This document shows, one piece after another, positions 13,956-26,856 of a stretch of DNA of 64,000 nt (positions are counted from its first letter, which is position 1; the number at the start of each line of letters is the position of its first letter). Both the position numbers and the translations under genes were made by a program. The notes beneath the pieces were generated by a model that was given only the letters and a program-made list of their open reading frames with translations, ran no database searches and was not told the origin of the DNA. Origin of the DNA: Octopus sinensis (Eukaryota). The stretch lies in contig NC_042999.1 of NCBI RefSeq assembly GCF_006345805.1, positions 81,716,001 to 81,780,000 of the forward strand. The letters are read 5' to 3'.

Positions 13956-14160
13956 GGTCCCGGGTTGATTCGGGGTTAACCACAGTAAATAAGGTACTCA
14001 ATACATAGCAGAGTAAAATTAATTTATTATATAGAAGGAGCTTCTACAGGACTAGAACTGTTTCATTCAAGAGAAATCTTCAGGAAGCTATAGCAGAAGA
14101 CACTTGTCTAAGGTCACATTTAGTGGGACTGAAACCGTAATAAAGCAAGCTTCTAACCAC
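13606..14160 (-). mobile_element. CORE-type SINE interrupted by a microsatellite and a 137-bp insert
   Basis: Tail and body at 13606-13830 and head at about 14090-14160 match the 62028 family. The middle is replaced by 13953-14089. Confidence 0.75.
14039..14089 (-). ncRNA. Type I hammerhead ribozyme fold
   Basis: Minus strand: AGCUUC CUGAAGA UUUC-ucuu-GAAU GAAA CAG-uucuaguc-CUG U A GAAGCU. Stem I is 6 bp, the core is intact, stem III has 3 bp plus A15.1-U16.1, and the triplet is GUA. Pair 10.1-11.1 is a U-U mismatch. Confidence 0.7.
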
Positions 14161-14622
14161 ACAGACACACGCACGCACACACACACAGAAACGCATATAT
14201 CTCAATAATATTTTATGAACATAGATCTCATAAGCGATCACTGTAATAACTAAACTAGAGAATTTAATATTAGGGTATTTAATCTCTCGGCGAGAAAAAT
14301 TAGGGTTTTCCGTACACATGGGACAGGAAATCACAGCTCTCTTTTTTTTTCGCAGCAAGTGTTTTACCATTACACAAAATTACCCTGGGTTCTTTCCGTC
14401 AGGTTTAAGAACTGTAATTAGGTCATAGTGTTGTTTTGTAAACAATCATCATGTGTATTTTCTGCGATGGTTTTTTGGAAGGCAGTGTCGGTTTTTACAA
14501 TTCTGTAAATAATATTAATATTTTATGAGTTTAAAGCTTATAAGCGATCACTGCCTAGGGACTAAAGAAAATAGTCTAATATTGGGTCATATAAGCCCTC
14601 GACGGGGAAAAGTAGAGATTTT

Positions 14623-14810
14623 CGTATGCGCCTGGCATAATGGTTATGGTGCTGCGCCCACAATATTGTTTTCGCGGGCTCGTCTCCCGGATCGATAGTG
14701 CGTTTTGCTATTGTGCAAAACACTCCAAGTTTTAGTTACTCCCCAGTGTCCACTTAGCTGTCAATGGGTAACCTTCTGAAGGACTGGTATTTTGACCTGC
14801 GGGAATGCTA
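14623..14810 (+). mobile_element. Degenerate tRNA-derived SINE
   Basis: A-box-like tggcataatggtt, B-box-like ggctcgtctcc, then ccagtgtccacttagctgtcaatgggtaacc, similar to conserved SINE central domains. Confidence 0.5.
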
Positions 14811-14859
14811 CCCTATTAAAATTTTCCTCTTACCAATTTAGCTTCCTTTAGCTATCAGT

Positions 14860-15870
14860 TAGACTAATGGAGTGACACTCTTCAAACTATCATTTTGAAT
14901 CCTATTTTGATCGCAGTACTTTTTTGGTATAGACAGAGAAATTTCCAAGATCTCTGAAATCTGCACCTCGATGAAGCTGAATAGCTTTTCTTCCACTAGT
15001 TGTTTGACATATCTCTGATGCCAGTTTGACATTCCCAGTTTCCTTTTCATGTTAAAGGATGGGTCTTGTTCAAGAGAAAGCTGAGCATCTCTTTTGAGAC
15101 TCTTCTTTTATTTTCTTCGAAGTAATCATGTTTCTTCCTTTTCGCCTAGTCAAATTTATTTTTAGCAGCTTCCTGAATGATGTCACGAATTCTTACCCAC
15201 TTTAACTAGTATGCTTGGTGTTAGAAGGGCTGTATTTCCGGTACGGTTTATGTATCGTTGGAATTCTTCCGCTCGATCTTTAAATTCCTATGTATTAAAA
15301 TTCTGCTTGGGAAGCACTATGAGAAACAAATGGTTTAAAACGAACATTCATTCTGAATCGGTGAATGTTGTGGGGTTAGAACGAACAATCGACTGCCTTT
15401 CTGCTTATATTCATAGTAATGGCATCTTTTTTGCAGCGTTGATGAATGACGAGGTAGTAAAGGACGGTGTAAATTCTTACAGAATGGATGCATCTTCTAG
15501 TTTGAAATCATTCGTTGGGGCGGACCTACGAGTTACTCGAAGTTCGAGATGTGAAATCCCTTTCGGACGGAAGATTCCGGTTCCTTGTTTTCACATAGAT
15601 ATCTTTCACATTATGTAGCTTTTTGCTATATATAAATGGAAAATATATCTATTAAATTCATTCCTTCTTCATACGTACCCTCTCTACTGGAAACTTTCCA
15701 TATCATGGGAACTTGCATCATACATTTTGTGGCGAAGAATTCCAAGTTATTTGCCTCAAATGACGATTACCACTACCAATATTACCAATATCTGAAAAGT
15801 CGACACAGCAAAGGAACATCTGTGTAGTCACTCGACTTCCTAGAAGTAGTAATCTTGGAAACCTACCTTA
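14860..15870 (-). mobile_element. Decayed RTE-clade LINE (endonuclease and linker)
   Basis: Broken minus frames read MHPFCKNLH/LYYLVIHQRCKKD...AVDC and WVRIRDIIQEAAKNKFD*AKRKKHDYFEEN. These resemble the RTE motifs MHPRSKHWHLIDY..QRD and KRKHQDWFDEN. Confidence 0.65.
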
Positions 15871-18800
15871 AATCAGACTATACCGTTTTTAAAAATGGAA
15901 AGAAAGCTTTACATAAACTAGTCTTGTATAACCTTGATATTTCATGGTGTTCACGTCTGAAATGATCATCATTGTTTTTTGTTTTTTTTTTTTGTTTTTG
16001 CTTTTTTTCACCTCTGTGAAACACCACACAACATCATAAAGGTGATCAAAAACATGGAATCAATTTCCAGTTTCATTTTTCAAACATTTCCATGCTAATG
16101 GTCACCATTACGATAATATACTTCTTATATGTTCTTTCGGGTAAATTTCATTATATCTATCACATGAGATAACGTCGATGAAATAAATGTTGTTACCCTA
16201 AAAATTCCATAAATTAATATTTTCATCACTTTATCATTTCTCGTACTAGAATCAACTTTCCAAATTCTCTGTTACAAGCTTCGTCGTCGAGAAACGCTCC
16301 AACGCACACATAATCAAAGCTAATCTATCAAGAATCTATTGGCTAATTTTTTTCTTTTATATAGTCTATGAATGCTTTTCTGGTTTTCAACACCAATAAA
16401 TAGCACTGTGTAGCGCCTAACGATGCACCAGTTTATGCAGATGATAGTATTTTAGAATCATACAAGCAGAGGTCAAGTTAGTGTAATGAAAACATGTGAA
16501 GTTTGACTAAATGAGGCTTTAATTAATTCAATGTTTTTTTTCTAGAATCCTCTTTTAACCGAGTTCATTATTTCGACAAGATAATTGGTTAGTTGCCTGC
16601 CATAGAAGAGTACATTAATGACTCTGTGTAAATGCTATATGTAATTGATGCTAAGCTCCAACGTTCTTCGTTGCCTAATGTGAATTCAGTATTTACTTGA
16701 TCAATCCATCCATCCATAGATACACTAACACACCGCCCCACATACACATAGATTAATATATTTACATGTATAATGTATGCGCGGCTGTATGTGTTTATTT
16801 GTATGTATAAACGTTCTTGCGTGTTCGTGTGTGGGTGGCTGTAGTTTGTTGCGTAAGTATACATATATAGTATAAAATGATGTATGAGTGAGAGCATGTT
16901 CCTGAACGATGTGGAATAGTATGACGGACTCATTTTGAAGCCATCTTAATGTCTTAGAACCATATCCAAATACAAATTACACAAATAGAAGGAATTATCA
17001 TCTCACTTTATTTAAATTAGCCTAATGAGCTAAACTGTAATTTCAATCTAAAATTCTTGCGTTTATTTGCTTATTGTTAAAAGTTTTATTTCTTATTCAC
17101 ACCTGAAAGTATTCAGTGCAATGATACTTGACATTGAGTTTAAGATTTGCGGAGCTTTTTAAATGCTCCATTTTATCACTGTGACACTAATATTGTTAAA
17201 GAAATTTCCCTAGAGTCGATTAATATCAAACCTCAGTAGATTTTAATCTCTAGCTTTAGATAATTTTATAAGTATATATTTGTATATTCATCAAATTTAT
17301 TGTGCATCTGCAGGTGTGAGTTGTTTGTAAAGTTTGTCTCTGATATTTTTTTTACATTTCCACGCACGCGATAATGTTTTTTTTTAGATATTAGATTATA
17401 TTTAACTCTTCTATTATTTTTGTATTTTGTGTTATCTAACTTACACATCCATTACAAAATATTTAGCTGCGCCGAAACATAAATATGAAATTTCATGTAG
17501 TAATCTTGTTACTTCGTTTACACTCATTTACACCGCTCTGAACAAATATTAAAGTCACTTATCACTTCATGGCCTATCAATATACGTGATTAAAATAAAC
17601 ATAGATAATTGAAACCTAACATTTAAAATGTGTGTTATCATGATTCCTAAGAGAAATTTTTGTAGTTGATTTGCTTTTCAAGATGTATATTGAAGTAAAC
17701 AAAAAGGACATTATATTTTAATATTTACTCAATTTCTATTTTCTCCATCGATATCATAAGCCAATTAAGATAAAAATCACCTTCCAAAATAAAGGAACCA
17801 GATGTTACTGCATGTTATGTTGACAGTTAATGATATACAGTTTTTGTGATCAATCTTGAATTTAAAAAATTGGGCTCAACTTTCTTATACATAGTAAAAT
17901 CTGATGTGTAACTTCGAAAATGACGTAAAATTACACACTTCCAAGTTATACGAATTTTCTACCGTTACAACAGTTTTAAATTTCATATGTTTGTTATTGT
18001 TATTTAATCTTAAAATTCTCTAGCAACAAAGATGACGAACTGGATAAAATTTTAGTAAGCTGAACATAATTCTTTGCGAGATTTGTTCAGGGACTTTACA
18101 TTTTGTGTTGAAATGTCTCATAAGCCAGAGTTTCCTTTCGTACTTCTGCAAAATAAAATAGAATATCATTCAAGTATTCTGTCTGATTAAATTGCCTATA
18201 TCACACAATGCAAATGTTTGATCCAACGGTGATGTTAGGATTTTTATTCAACCAAGATGGCGAAATTACTTGTTTATTAATATCGTACGTGTGTCCTACC
18301 AACAGAGAATATCAATAAGTTTTGTGTTCAACATAAAATAGTAAATGCAAAGCAATGTATACCAGAAGATTGCAGGTGAGAGAAATTCTTATGACAATGC
18401 AACGGGTTACACACAGCTTCGTAGAAATTCTAGGTTTGGGATGTAATAGAGACTATACACTTATATTTTTAACACAATTACAGAATTATAATATACTTGA
18501 TAAAATAATTACGGTTACGCTTAACACTAATCTATCTATGCATCGCGGAGAAAAGGTTTTGCGATAACATTATAGTTCAAATATTACCAATATGGCGTTC
18601 ATTCCTTTCAGGCGCTCACATTGTTACATTTGATATTCTTTATAATGTCTTGTGTACCTGATGAATTATATTCGGACAATTCGATCCGGTTTAGATTCAA
18701 GATCAGGGATACTGTATGATTATGTCACAAATATTTCCAATATTCAAATGTATTTAAATTATGTACTTAAAGCAATAGTGATGGTTTATGTATCATTAGT

Positions 18801-19587
18801 GTATATGTCGTTATAAACAGCTGCCTAGCTTCTTTCCAACCAAAAATAAAATAAAATATAATTCAATGAAAGCATAAATTGAAACTAGTTGATCTTTACA
18901 GTTAGATCCGCTTTTCATATTATGATTAAATGTCATATTGGTTAATATAGTGCGTTATTTATCTTCGTAAGTGGTCTACACATTCCGAAATGCAATACTA
19001 AAATGAGAAATGCACTAAATTGAAAAATAGAACAGATAAAATATTCGTAGATGGAATAGCTTTATTTCTCGATCTGATCTAGTAGAGGTAATATTAGACT
19101 AAAGAAGAAAGGCATTCATATCCAGGTATGTATGTGCAAACAGTGATATATTTAAAGAGAGTTTGGAAATGTTTAATTTCAAGACAATTAAGTATTATTA
19201 GTTGCAAGTGAACTCTAGATAATATTTTTCAACATTATCTGTTTCACAACTTTGCCCCATATGGTATTTTCTTACACAGGTATTTTCTTATACCGAGGTA
19301 GTTTCATGTAGAAATACTCCTTTGGTTTTGTTTGAGAATTTTTCTTATCTATTCCGTCTCTCGTTATTTGCTATTTCCAATAGAATGAATTCATTTTTTT
19401 CAGCAACGAAATAAGATTTCCAGACATTCTAAGTTGATAAACACAATGAAACATTTCTGTATTTACAATTACACACTTCTGGGTTATTGCAAAATCGCTT
19501 CTCTAGATTATGATTTATTTTTGTATTTACTTTCTCATACGTTCCATTTCAACTCTTGTTATCTCGTTTTGTCCTCACTAATTTCAG

Positions 19588-19636
19588 GCAGGTAACTTCG
19601 CTGTTTACTGCTATTCTACACACTGACGCCTAAATG
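19588..19636 (+). other. Candidate 5'UTR exon ending exactly at an ATG
   Basis: Long pyrimidine tract ending ctaatttcag. The exon has stops in all three frames and ends aaATG followed by the donor gtgagt at 19637. Confidence 0.35.
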
Positions 19637-20365
19637 GTGAGTATAAATTATAATTATTTTATGTTTTTGTGCAATTTTCGTAGTATGTCATCAGAAAGAT
19701 TCATTAGTGTAATTTCTATTATCTGATGCCCAACATATTTCTAGCTGCCATATAGATGTTTATAAACATTACTTTTTGGGAACACTTCTATTTTCTATGA
19801 CATATCGCTAATTAACTTACTGTGCATTATCCTCTATGTGTTTTTTTCTGATATTTTCTTTTTGGATAATATTCCTATGCAAAGACTTGTTCTTTATACT
19901 TCTACATCTATTGTTTTAAAGCACTTTAATCATATAATCTTCTTCACTTGTTTTGTATTTTTCTCAAATTGCTTTTTTTTTCTCTAGTGTTAAACATGAC
20001 AATATGAATTTATTGTATTGATCATGAACCGATAACGAAATAAACGGTATCTGTGTTCTATACTCTTCCTTCTGTGTTTGAAACCGTAACGAAAGTTAAC
20101 ATGAAACAATTTAATTTCTCAGTAGTAGTTATGTAATTCTACGTCGATATTAATTCAATTGAGAAGTTGCATGAACATAAAACATCTCATCAACTCATTT
20201 CTTTATGTATAAACATGTTATTTTTGTGCACAGCAGAAAGTATCACGCTACATCCATCCATCAATACATCCATCCATTAATCCATTCAAACATTCATACA
20301 TACTTAAATACAAGCGTACATACATGCATACATGCAAACACACAAACATACACATACACATACAT

Positions 20366-20660
20366 GGCGCGTGGCTTAGTGGTTAGTACATTCGATTCAC
20401 GGTTAAAGGTTTGTGAGTACAATTCCCGTAGACTCGTTGTATCCTTGTTCAGGACACTTTATTTCAAGTTGCTCCAGTCAACTCAGCTGGCATAATTGAA
20501 CAGTACCAGTATTTCAAATTGCCAGCGTTGTCATATTCTGTATTACGCTGAATCTCCTACACAATTATGTTAAGAGTATATGTCCTTGTGGAGTGCTCAG
20601 CCACTTTCGTTCATCGGATCAACTGGGACCCTCGTCCTCGCAACCGACAGAGGTCTGGAG
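20366..20660 (+). mobile_element. tRNA-derived SINE (third family)
   Basis: Head ggcgcgtggcttagtggttag, then the gttgctccagtcaactcagctg central domain, which is also present in the copy at 47992-48272. Confidence 0.8.
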
Positions 20661-20677
20661 TATAATATATATATATA

Positions 20678-21175
20678 CGAGGGGAAGTTAAGACTTATCC
20701 GCACTTTTGCCATAATATATCTTTATAATTGTCACACAACATTTTGGGCGAGTGTGCTTAAAGTTGGTACTATTGTGGTCAGTTGATCACAGTTTAAGCC
20801 TGATTGCAGCATTTTTCTTTCTGGCTTCACAGTGAAAGTATGGCCACTCCACTAGCAATGTTCACCAAATAAGAAGGACAAAGAGCAGTGATCTGATTTC
20901 TCTAGAAAATGGGTCTGCAATCAACAGTGTAAGATACATTGCTTTGATGGCTAACAACCTGAAACCAGAAATTCGCACCAAACGCACCATTTATGCACCT
21001 CGTAAATCATCTTTGAACGGTCCAAAGATATAGTTAGAAAGGGCGAGATCTGGGAAGACGTGTGTGGGCATGCAAAACTTTCTTCGACAATAAGTTCCGG
21101 CCTCTGGTGCAAATTTCTGGTTTCAATTTGTTGGCCAGCAAAACACTGTATCTTGCACTGTTGATCGTACACCCT
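20678..21175. mobile_element. Two convergent mariner remnants
   Basis: TA+CGAGGGGAAG TIR at 20676-20690. Plus strand reads MATPL..AVI*FL then GSAINSVRYIALMANNLKPEIRTKR. Minus strand 21175-20990 reads TINSARYSVLLANKLKPEI and SPDLALSNYIFGPFK. Confidence 0.8.
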
Positions 21176-21178
21176 TAC

Positions 21179-21231
<53 letters not shown>

Positions 21232-21232
<1 letters not shown>

Positions 21233-21430
21233 CGAGTCAGACGCCATGGTAGATCGTTAGCCACTATACACATTTTTTCTCTCCTTGTTTTTCTGTGTCC
21301 CTTTCGGTAGAAGAATGTAAGCTCGAAACGTAAAAGACTTTTTCTATTCCTGAGCGTTATATTAATACATCTGTTTGTTTTGTACACCACCTGTCTTCGT
21401 CTTTTTGTTTTTTCCGTAAACTCTCCCTAT
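21232..21430 (+). repeat. Unclassified repeat with a degenerate hammerhead-like motif (Penelope pLTR-like)
   Basis: cttt cggtaga a gaatgtaagctc gaaa cg t a aaag at 21301-21336. Confidence 0.4.
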
Positions 21431-23273
21431 ATGTATGTATTCTCCACTCCTCTCTCTTTTTTCTCTCTCCCTCTCTCTCTATCTTTCTATATATTATTTT
21501 CATTCAAAGAATGTTATTAAATACACAACTAGTTATCTCTGACCACATTTGTATTTCATCTTCTAAAGTATCTTTTGTGTGTTTATATATCATCTCAGTA
21601 TCAAATCTATTTTGAAGACGTGTAATGCATTTAGGCATTTGCAGCATATTAGCAGCGTATATATCGCATATAGCTGGAGGGTTACAACTTCAACATTTTT
21701 TTATGGTTTCTATTCATTGTTATCTAATAGCGGTTTTAAGCACTTTATGTTTAATAGTTTCCTGAATTTCTGAGAATTCACAAATCAGTTTTTCCTCTCT
21801 ACTCTAACATTAATGCCTCCAACTTTGGTATTTTCCAAAATATTCCATGAAATTATATTATTTCGGATTTCCCGATGAGGTTCTTTAATGCATTTCTTTA
21901 TGACCTAATTTTTCTCATGTATAGCCCGGTGTTGCCCGGGATTAAGTTAGGATTATTAAGCTATTCAAGCGCTTTGTTTCAAAGCAAAATAAGTAACACC
22001 AACGTGAAATTTGAGCGAAATGTGTTGAAATTGGTGACTTGTTCTTTTTCTACATCTGTAAAACTTTGCTATAGGCAATATTGCGTATTCTGCCCTGTGG
22101 AGCCTACACAAAAAGTGCATTCCTACTGGCCACACGGGAGCAGGCCACCTAAAGTTGCCCGTATGAAAAGTACGGCTCATCAAAATGGATGACCGCCACC
22201 GATAGTGATTGGCCCTGGGGTTAGCTAATGGACATGGCGATCTGCGGTTGTTAAACGGAATGTCTGACCCCAAGGGATAAAGGTGGATCCTTGAAATGAA
22301 AACATTTCCCCCTTCCCGTACCCTGTAACAATGGTGGCCACAATAAAGTGGGACGTCTGGGACTTGACTACCTAGCAGATTCCTTTCCACTGTTTAGGCG
22401 GATAACGTGTGTACTCTTTATCCCATTTGAGTTTCATCGAATGATTGTGTAAGATATTCTTAACAATAGGATATATTGTAAGCCCACACGCACACACACA
22501 CACACACACACGATTGCATTTGTTGTTGTGATGCGTGTACTCGTTTATCCAATTTGTGTTGTTGTTTTGAGTGGCAGGAGATAACTTTCAGCGAACTTGA
22601 ATAGCGTGTTAGGAACTAGTTGAACTGTTGAAATGCCACATATCAAAAATACTTTAAATCACACAGGAAGAATAAATGATACAGCACGAAGTCATTGATT
22701 TGCTTCGATCACCGAGAAAGCAAAAGTACATACAGAGAATTTCATAAACGGAAATGAATAAGAATGGTGTGGCTGAAAATAACAGTCAAATAAAGAATTT
22801 AAATATTAAAACAAACAGAAACTAAGAAACAAAATGTGCTAGTTGCTAATTACATCATCACTAGGATTTTGTTTTCTAATTGAATAAACCAACATTAATT
22901 ATCTAGCATTCAAATTTTCATTTAAAATGAAATATATAGAAAAATTAAATGTATACATATATTATATGTATACCATATGTACATTTCTTTCCGAGCGGTT
23001 CATCTTTGTTTTCCTGTATAATTAAAACTATTTATACATTTCTTTCTGTATAATAGTCGCCATTGCAGAGGACTTAACTCATGTTAGCAAACTTAAGGAT
23101 TTCGCTGAGGTGGAAATTGGTAAACGTTATGGTAGAAAATCGATTTTTACCGCTATCCTCAGGTGCTTCGGGAACAATAATTTGACAAAAACACAGCCAT
23201 GGCCGTGACCAATACCCTCCTAAAATTATAGCGACATGCGTTCTGATTTGTGGACGTGCATAAATTACATCCA

Positions 23274-23318
<45 letters not shown>

Positions 23319-24232
23319 ATACACACATACAAACGCACGCAAACACATCCTGCCTTTTATAGATATAGATTTACAATGTTCCATTTCTTCGTGGATTAAA
23401 ATCTCACATTTGTCTTGGCGCAGGAGCGTCCAACACACGTGCAATCACACAGTCATACGCGCGCGCTCACACATGTGTGTACGTATATCTATCTCTGTGT
23501 GTGTGTGTGTGTGTGTGTGTGTTTGTCATCACTAGACTCTTATAGCAGCAATATTTTGCGTTCCATTTATCCACTTTCAATTTTTTTTTTCCTGTCGTAT
23601 TTTGTAAAAACAAATCTTCATGTATATCATTTATTGTGTACAAAGTCACTTATTATCTATTACAGTTCTTAGTTTCTCTTTCCACATTTGAAAGAAAACG
23701 TTTTATTACGCATTTTATAGAAGATTGCTTCATTTCCATAACTCGATTTCTGCTCGTCATATTTCTTTTCTAAATTTTACAAATTCTTGTGAATGGCGGA
23801 GTCAACTATATATTAGGTAACGTGTAAATTAGCGAAAAATGTGTACCCATTCATCAGCCCTTCGATGTACACATGTCTAGAAAATTCTTTAAGAAATATC
23901 AACGCTAACTACGCTGAAATTACATCACATCATAGCACTGCAAACAGACCCGCCTTCTAAAAGTTGCTTGGTAGACGGTGATCTGGCCATATCAATTCGA
24001 AATTATCCTGTGGCTTGAAGAATTGTGGGATCTACTATAATATTCATGTATCAAACAATTATGGTATATCGTAGCCAGCTGTATTCTTAAATTAAATCTT
24101 ATGGCAGTTACAATTATAATTGGAAGTGCAATAAGAATAATAATTATTATTTCCCTGTTTTTCATAACCATATATTAGCCTCTATTTTATAACTGATAGC
24201 GCCGTTCAGAGCAGAAACTGTTTCTTTCTTAT

Positions 24233-24293
24233 GATTGATTGATTGATTCTAGTTTCAGCTTATGAGCTGTGGCCATGCTGGGGCACCGCCATT
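24233..24293 (-). mobile_element. Extremely 5'-truncated LINE 3' tail with (AATC)n end
   Basis: Minus strand aatggcggtgccccagcatggccacagctcataagctgaaactagaatcaatcaatc matches the tail of the LINE ending near 3890. Confidence 0.7.
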
Positions 24294-24465
24294 TGTAGGT
24301 TTTTTTCCATTACCATTTAAAATATATATGTGTATTCCTACAATATATGTTTTGTAACATAATTGTATACGGCCTCAAACCAGCATACCCGATAAATATA
24401 TTTTGTTTTATATATCACGGCTTCGTCGTATATTTTAATTGCTATTATTATTATGCTTAAGGTGA

Positions 24466-24640
24466 AAGACGGTGAGCTGGTAGAATCGTTAGGAAGTCGG
24501 GCAGAATGATCAGCGGCATTTCGTCTGTTTTACCTCATTTTGGGGTCGATAAAAGAAGCACAAGCCGAGCACTGGGTTCAAAGTTATCGACTAGCCCCAC
24601 TCCCTAAATTTAAAACCTCGTGTGAGGTGGAAGAATTGTT
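24466..24640 (+). mobile_element. tRNA-derived SINE (second family), internally deleted
   Basis: gagctggtagaatcgttag head, then ggggtcgataaa and gttatcgactagcccc. Confidence 0.7.
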
Positions 24641-25930
24641 TGCTTACCGCCATATTTTCCGACTATATTCTGTGTTCAGATACTACAGAGGTCTATTTTA
24701 CCTATCATTCGTTCACCGTCCATAAAATAAATAATATCCGAGAATTGTAGTCAAGGAAATCGATTATATGTCGCCCTGAAAAAATTGTTGGCATTGTGCC
24801 AAACTTTTCAACCATTATAAAAAGCATATTTATTTTACTTGGTGCTTTTTTTATAGTCGTTCATGCATTTGCCTTTAACTCTTCTCTAAAATACTGCTTG
24901 AAACATGTCTCTCCCTTCTTTGCTTTCATTCTCAAGAGCTATACTCTCTTTAAATCATTGTTCGCTAAGTGTTGGTATATTCTTTTCCGCTATCTAGTAT
25001 GTAGTGAATGTTAATTTCTTCATTGCTTATTTACACTTTATTTCTTTTTGTTTATAATCCGCTTCAATTTCAAATAGCATTTATTTCCTTTCTTTACAAG
25101 GGTTTCTCTTTGTTTATCATATACAACGAATAACCTGAGAAAGGGTATGTACCAAAAAGACCTAAAAAAAAAATGACACAAACCATTTTCGTATATCATT
25201 TGTATCAGGATCCAGTCTTCTTTTGTATGTCAACAAAATTCATTGGTGTCAGACAAAAACTGTACTCAGAGAGGGAATATCAGAGAATAATCTTTTAATG
25301 GAGGCTAGAATATTGTTTCATAATATATTTACAAGTCGCGTTGCTTTTCGAAATAACGTTTTATTAAAAATATACTTTATAATTTATTTTCTTAACATAA
25401 CGAGAGAATGTTTATGGCGTCAACATATATGGGTCTTGAAGGTAACATTTTCATGTAGAGCTAATTGAAATTCTTGCTATTTTAAATAACTGGAATTTTG
25501 ATACTGGCCAACACCAAATACTCGTTTCAAATGGTATATCTCAAGATATTTACTACTGCTTTGTATGCAATGACTTTCCAGAAAATGATACGAGAGTTAT
25601 TATGAGCTATTCTCTTTTTTTATATACCGTATGTAATATTTTGATTGATGTTATTTTGTTATTATGTCTGTCTCTCTATGCCAAAATCTCGTAAAAATTT
25701 TAATCTTTTAAGCTTATTTAATGCCATTCTTTCTCGTACACGTTAGAGCAATTGACTGTATCGTAGCATTCATTTCTTTTTAAAGTGACCGGTGAGACAT
25801 ACCATATGACGTCATTCCTCGTAGTCCTTCTGACTTAAAAGCGCGCAGATTTCTCTAATAGGATTAATGTCTTCTGGATTTTGTAGTGGGAAATTACATA
25901 TTCACTACAAAGTCTATCCCACGGGGACAT

Positions 25931-25971
<41 letters not shown>

Positions 25972-26001
25972 CATACAAACATTCATACACACACACAGAC
26001 A

Positions 26002-26068
<67 letters not shown>

Positions 26069-26112
26069 CGTTATCTTGTATTTTATTAGTCTCGGTGAAG
26101 CTGTTCTTTTAA

Positions 26113-26856
26113 TATTGTATTGAGTCAAAATTTTGCTTCTCTGCTTTAATCCGAGGGAGAATTTTTCTGCACTCCTAACAGGCATACGCAGTGGTCAAAC
26201 AAGGGCCAGCTTCCGGCCCCTGTTGCCAATGGAAGACGTTTCGAGAACGAGATGATGCTCTATGTCTGGTGGAATTATGAGTAGATATGAGTAGATATGA
26301 GTAGAGTTATGAGTTCGCTACCAGTTAGTTCCAGACAGTCGCAGAATTGATGCAGACCTGTACTCCGAAAAACTGGATCCAGTTTTTCGGAGTACAGGTC
26401 GGCATCAATTCTATATTTCATAGTGCGACAGAAATACGAGGCATTGCATAATAGAAAGCGAGCTCATCCGCAGCAAGGTAATGCTAAATCTCATGCCTCT
26501 CCAACGACCCGAAATAGACTCCAGGAACTTGAGGGAATCGAGCTGATATCACACCTGACATATGATCCTAACTGAGCTCCCTTGGATTATTACTTGTTCT
26601 AGTCCGTGGCTCACTTCCTGCGCTGGAGACGCTTCATGATCCAAGAGTAGGTGGACGCTTCAGTGAAGGAGTTCTTCGCACCGAAGGACAAGAAATTGTT
26701 ACCAGTGTCGGATCAAAGATTTGGCAAAAATGTGATTTTCCACAGTGCAACACGATGGCTTGTACTTTGAAATATACTATACTGCTTTTGTTGTAACTTG
26801 CCAAATAAATAAAATAAGTTACTAAAATATAGCAAAACTTTTGACTCAACTCAAAT
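26113..26856 (+). mobile_element. Internally deleted mariner element with both TIRs
   Basis: TIRs tattgtattgagtcaaaattttgc (26113) and gcaaaacttttgactcaactcaaat (ending 26856). Transposase remnants include MMLYVWWNY, IDADLYSEKLD, LDYYLF*SVAHFLRWRRF and QHDGLYFE. Confidence 0.85.

Noticed and set aside
15211-15618. 135-aa plus-strand ORF
   Set aside because: It is antisense to the RTE remnant and has no recognisable motifs of its own.
19083-19125. Possible 43-nt exon (RGNIRLKKKGIHIQ, CAG|gtatgt)
   Set aside because: The acceptor is weak and composition does not differ from the flanks; this is within chance expectation.
19676-19697. Minus-strand CTGATGA...CGAAA hammerhead-like core
   Set aside because: Stem II cannot pair and there is no matching stem I.
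21965-22390. 141-aa minus-strand ORF in a GC-richer block
   Set aside because: No recognisable motif; more likely part of an unclassified repeat.
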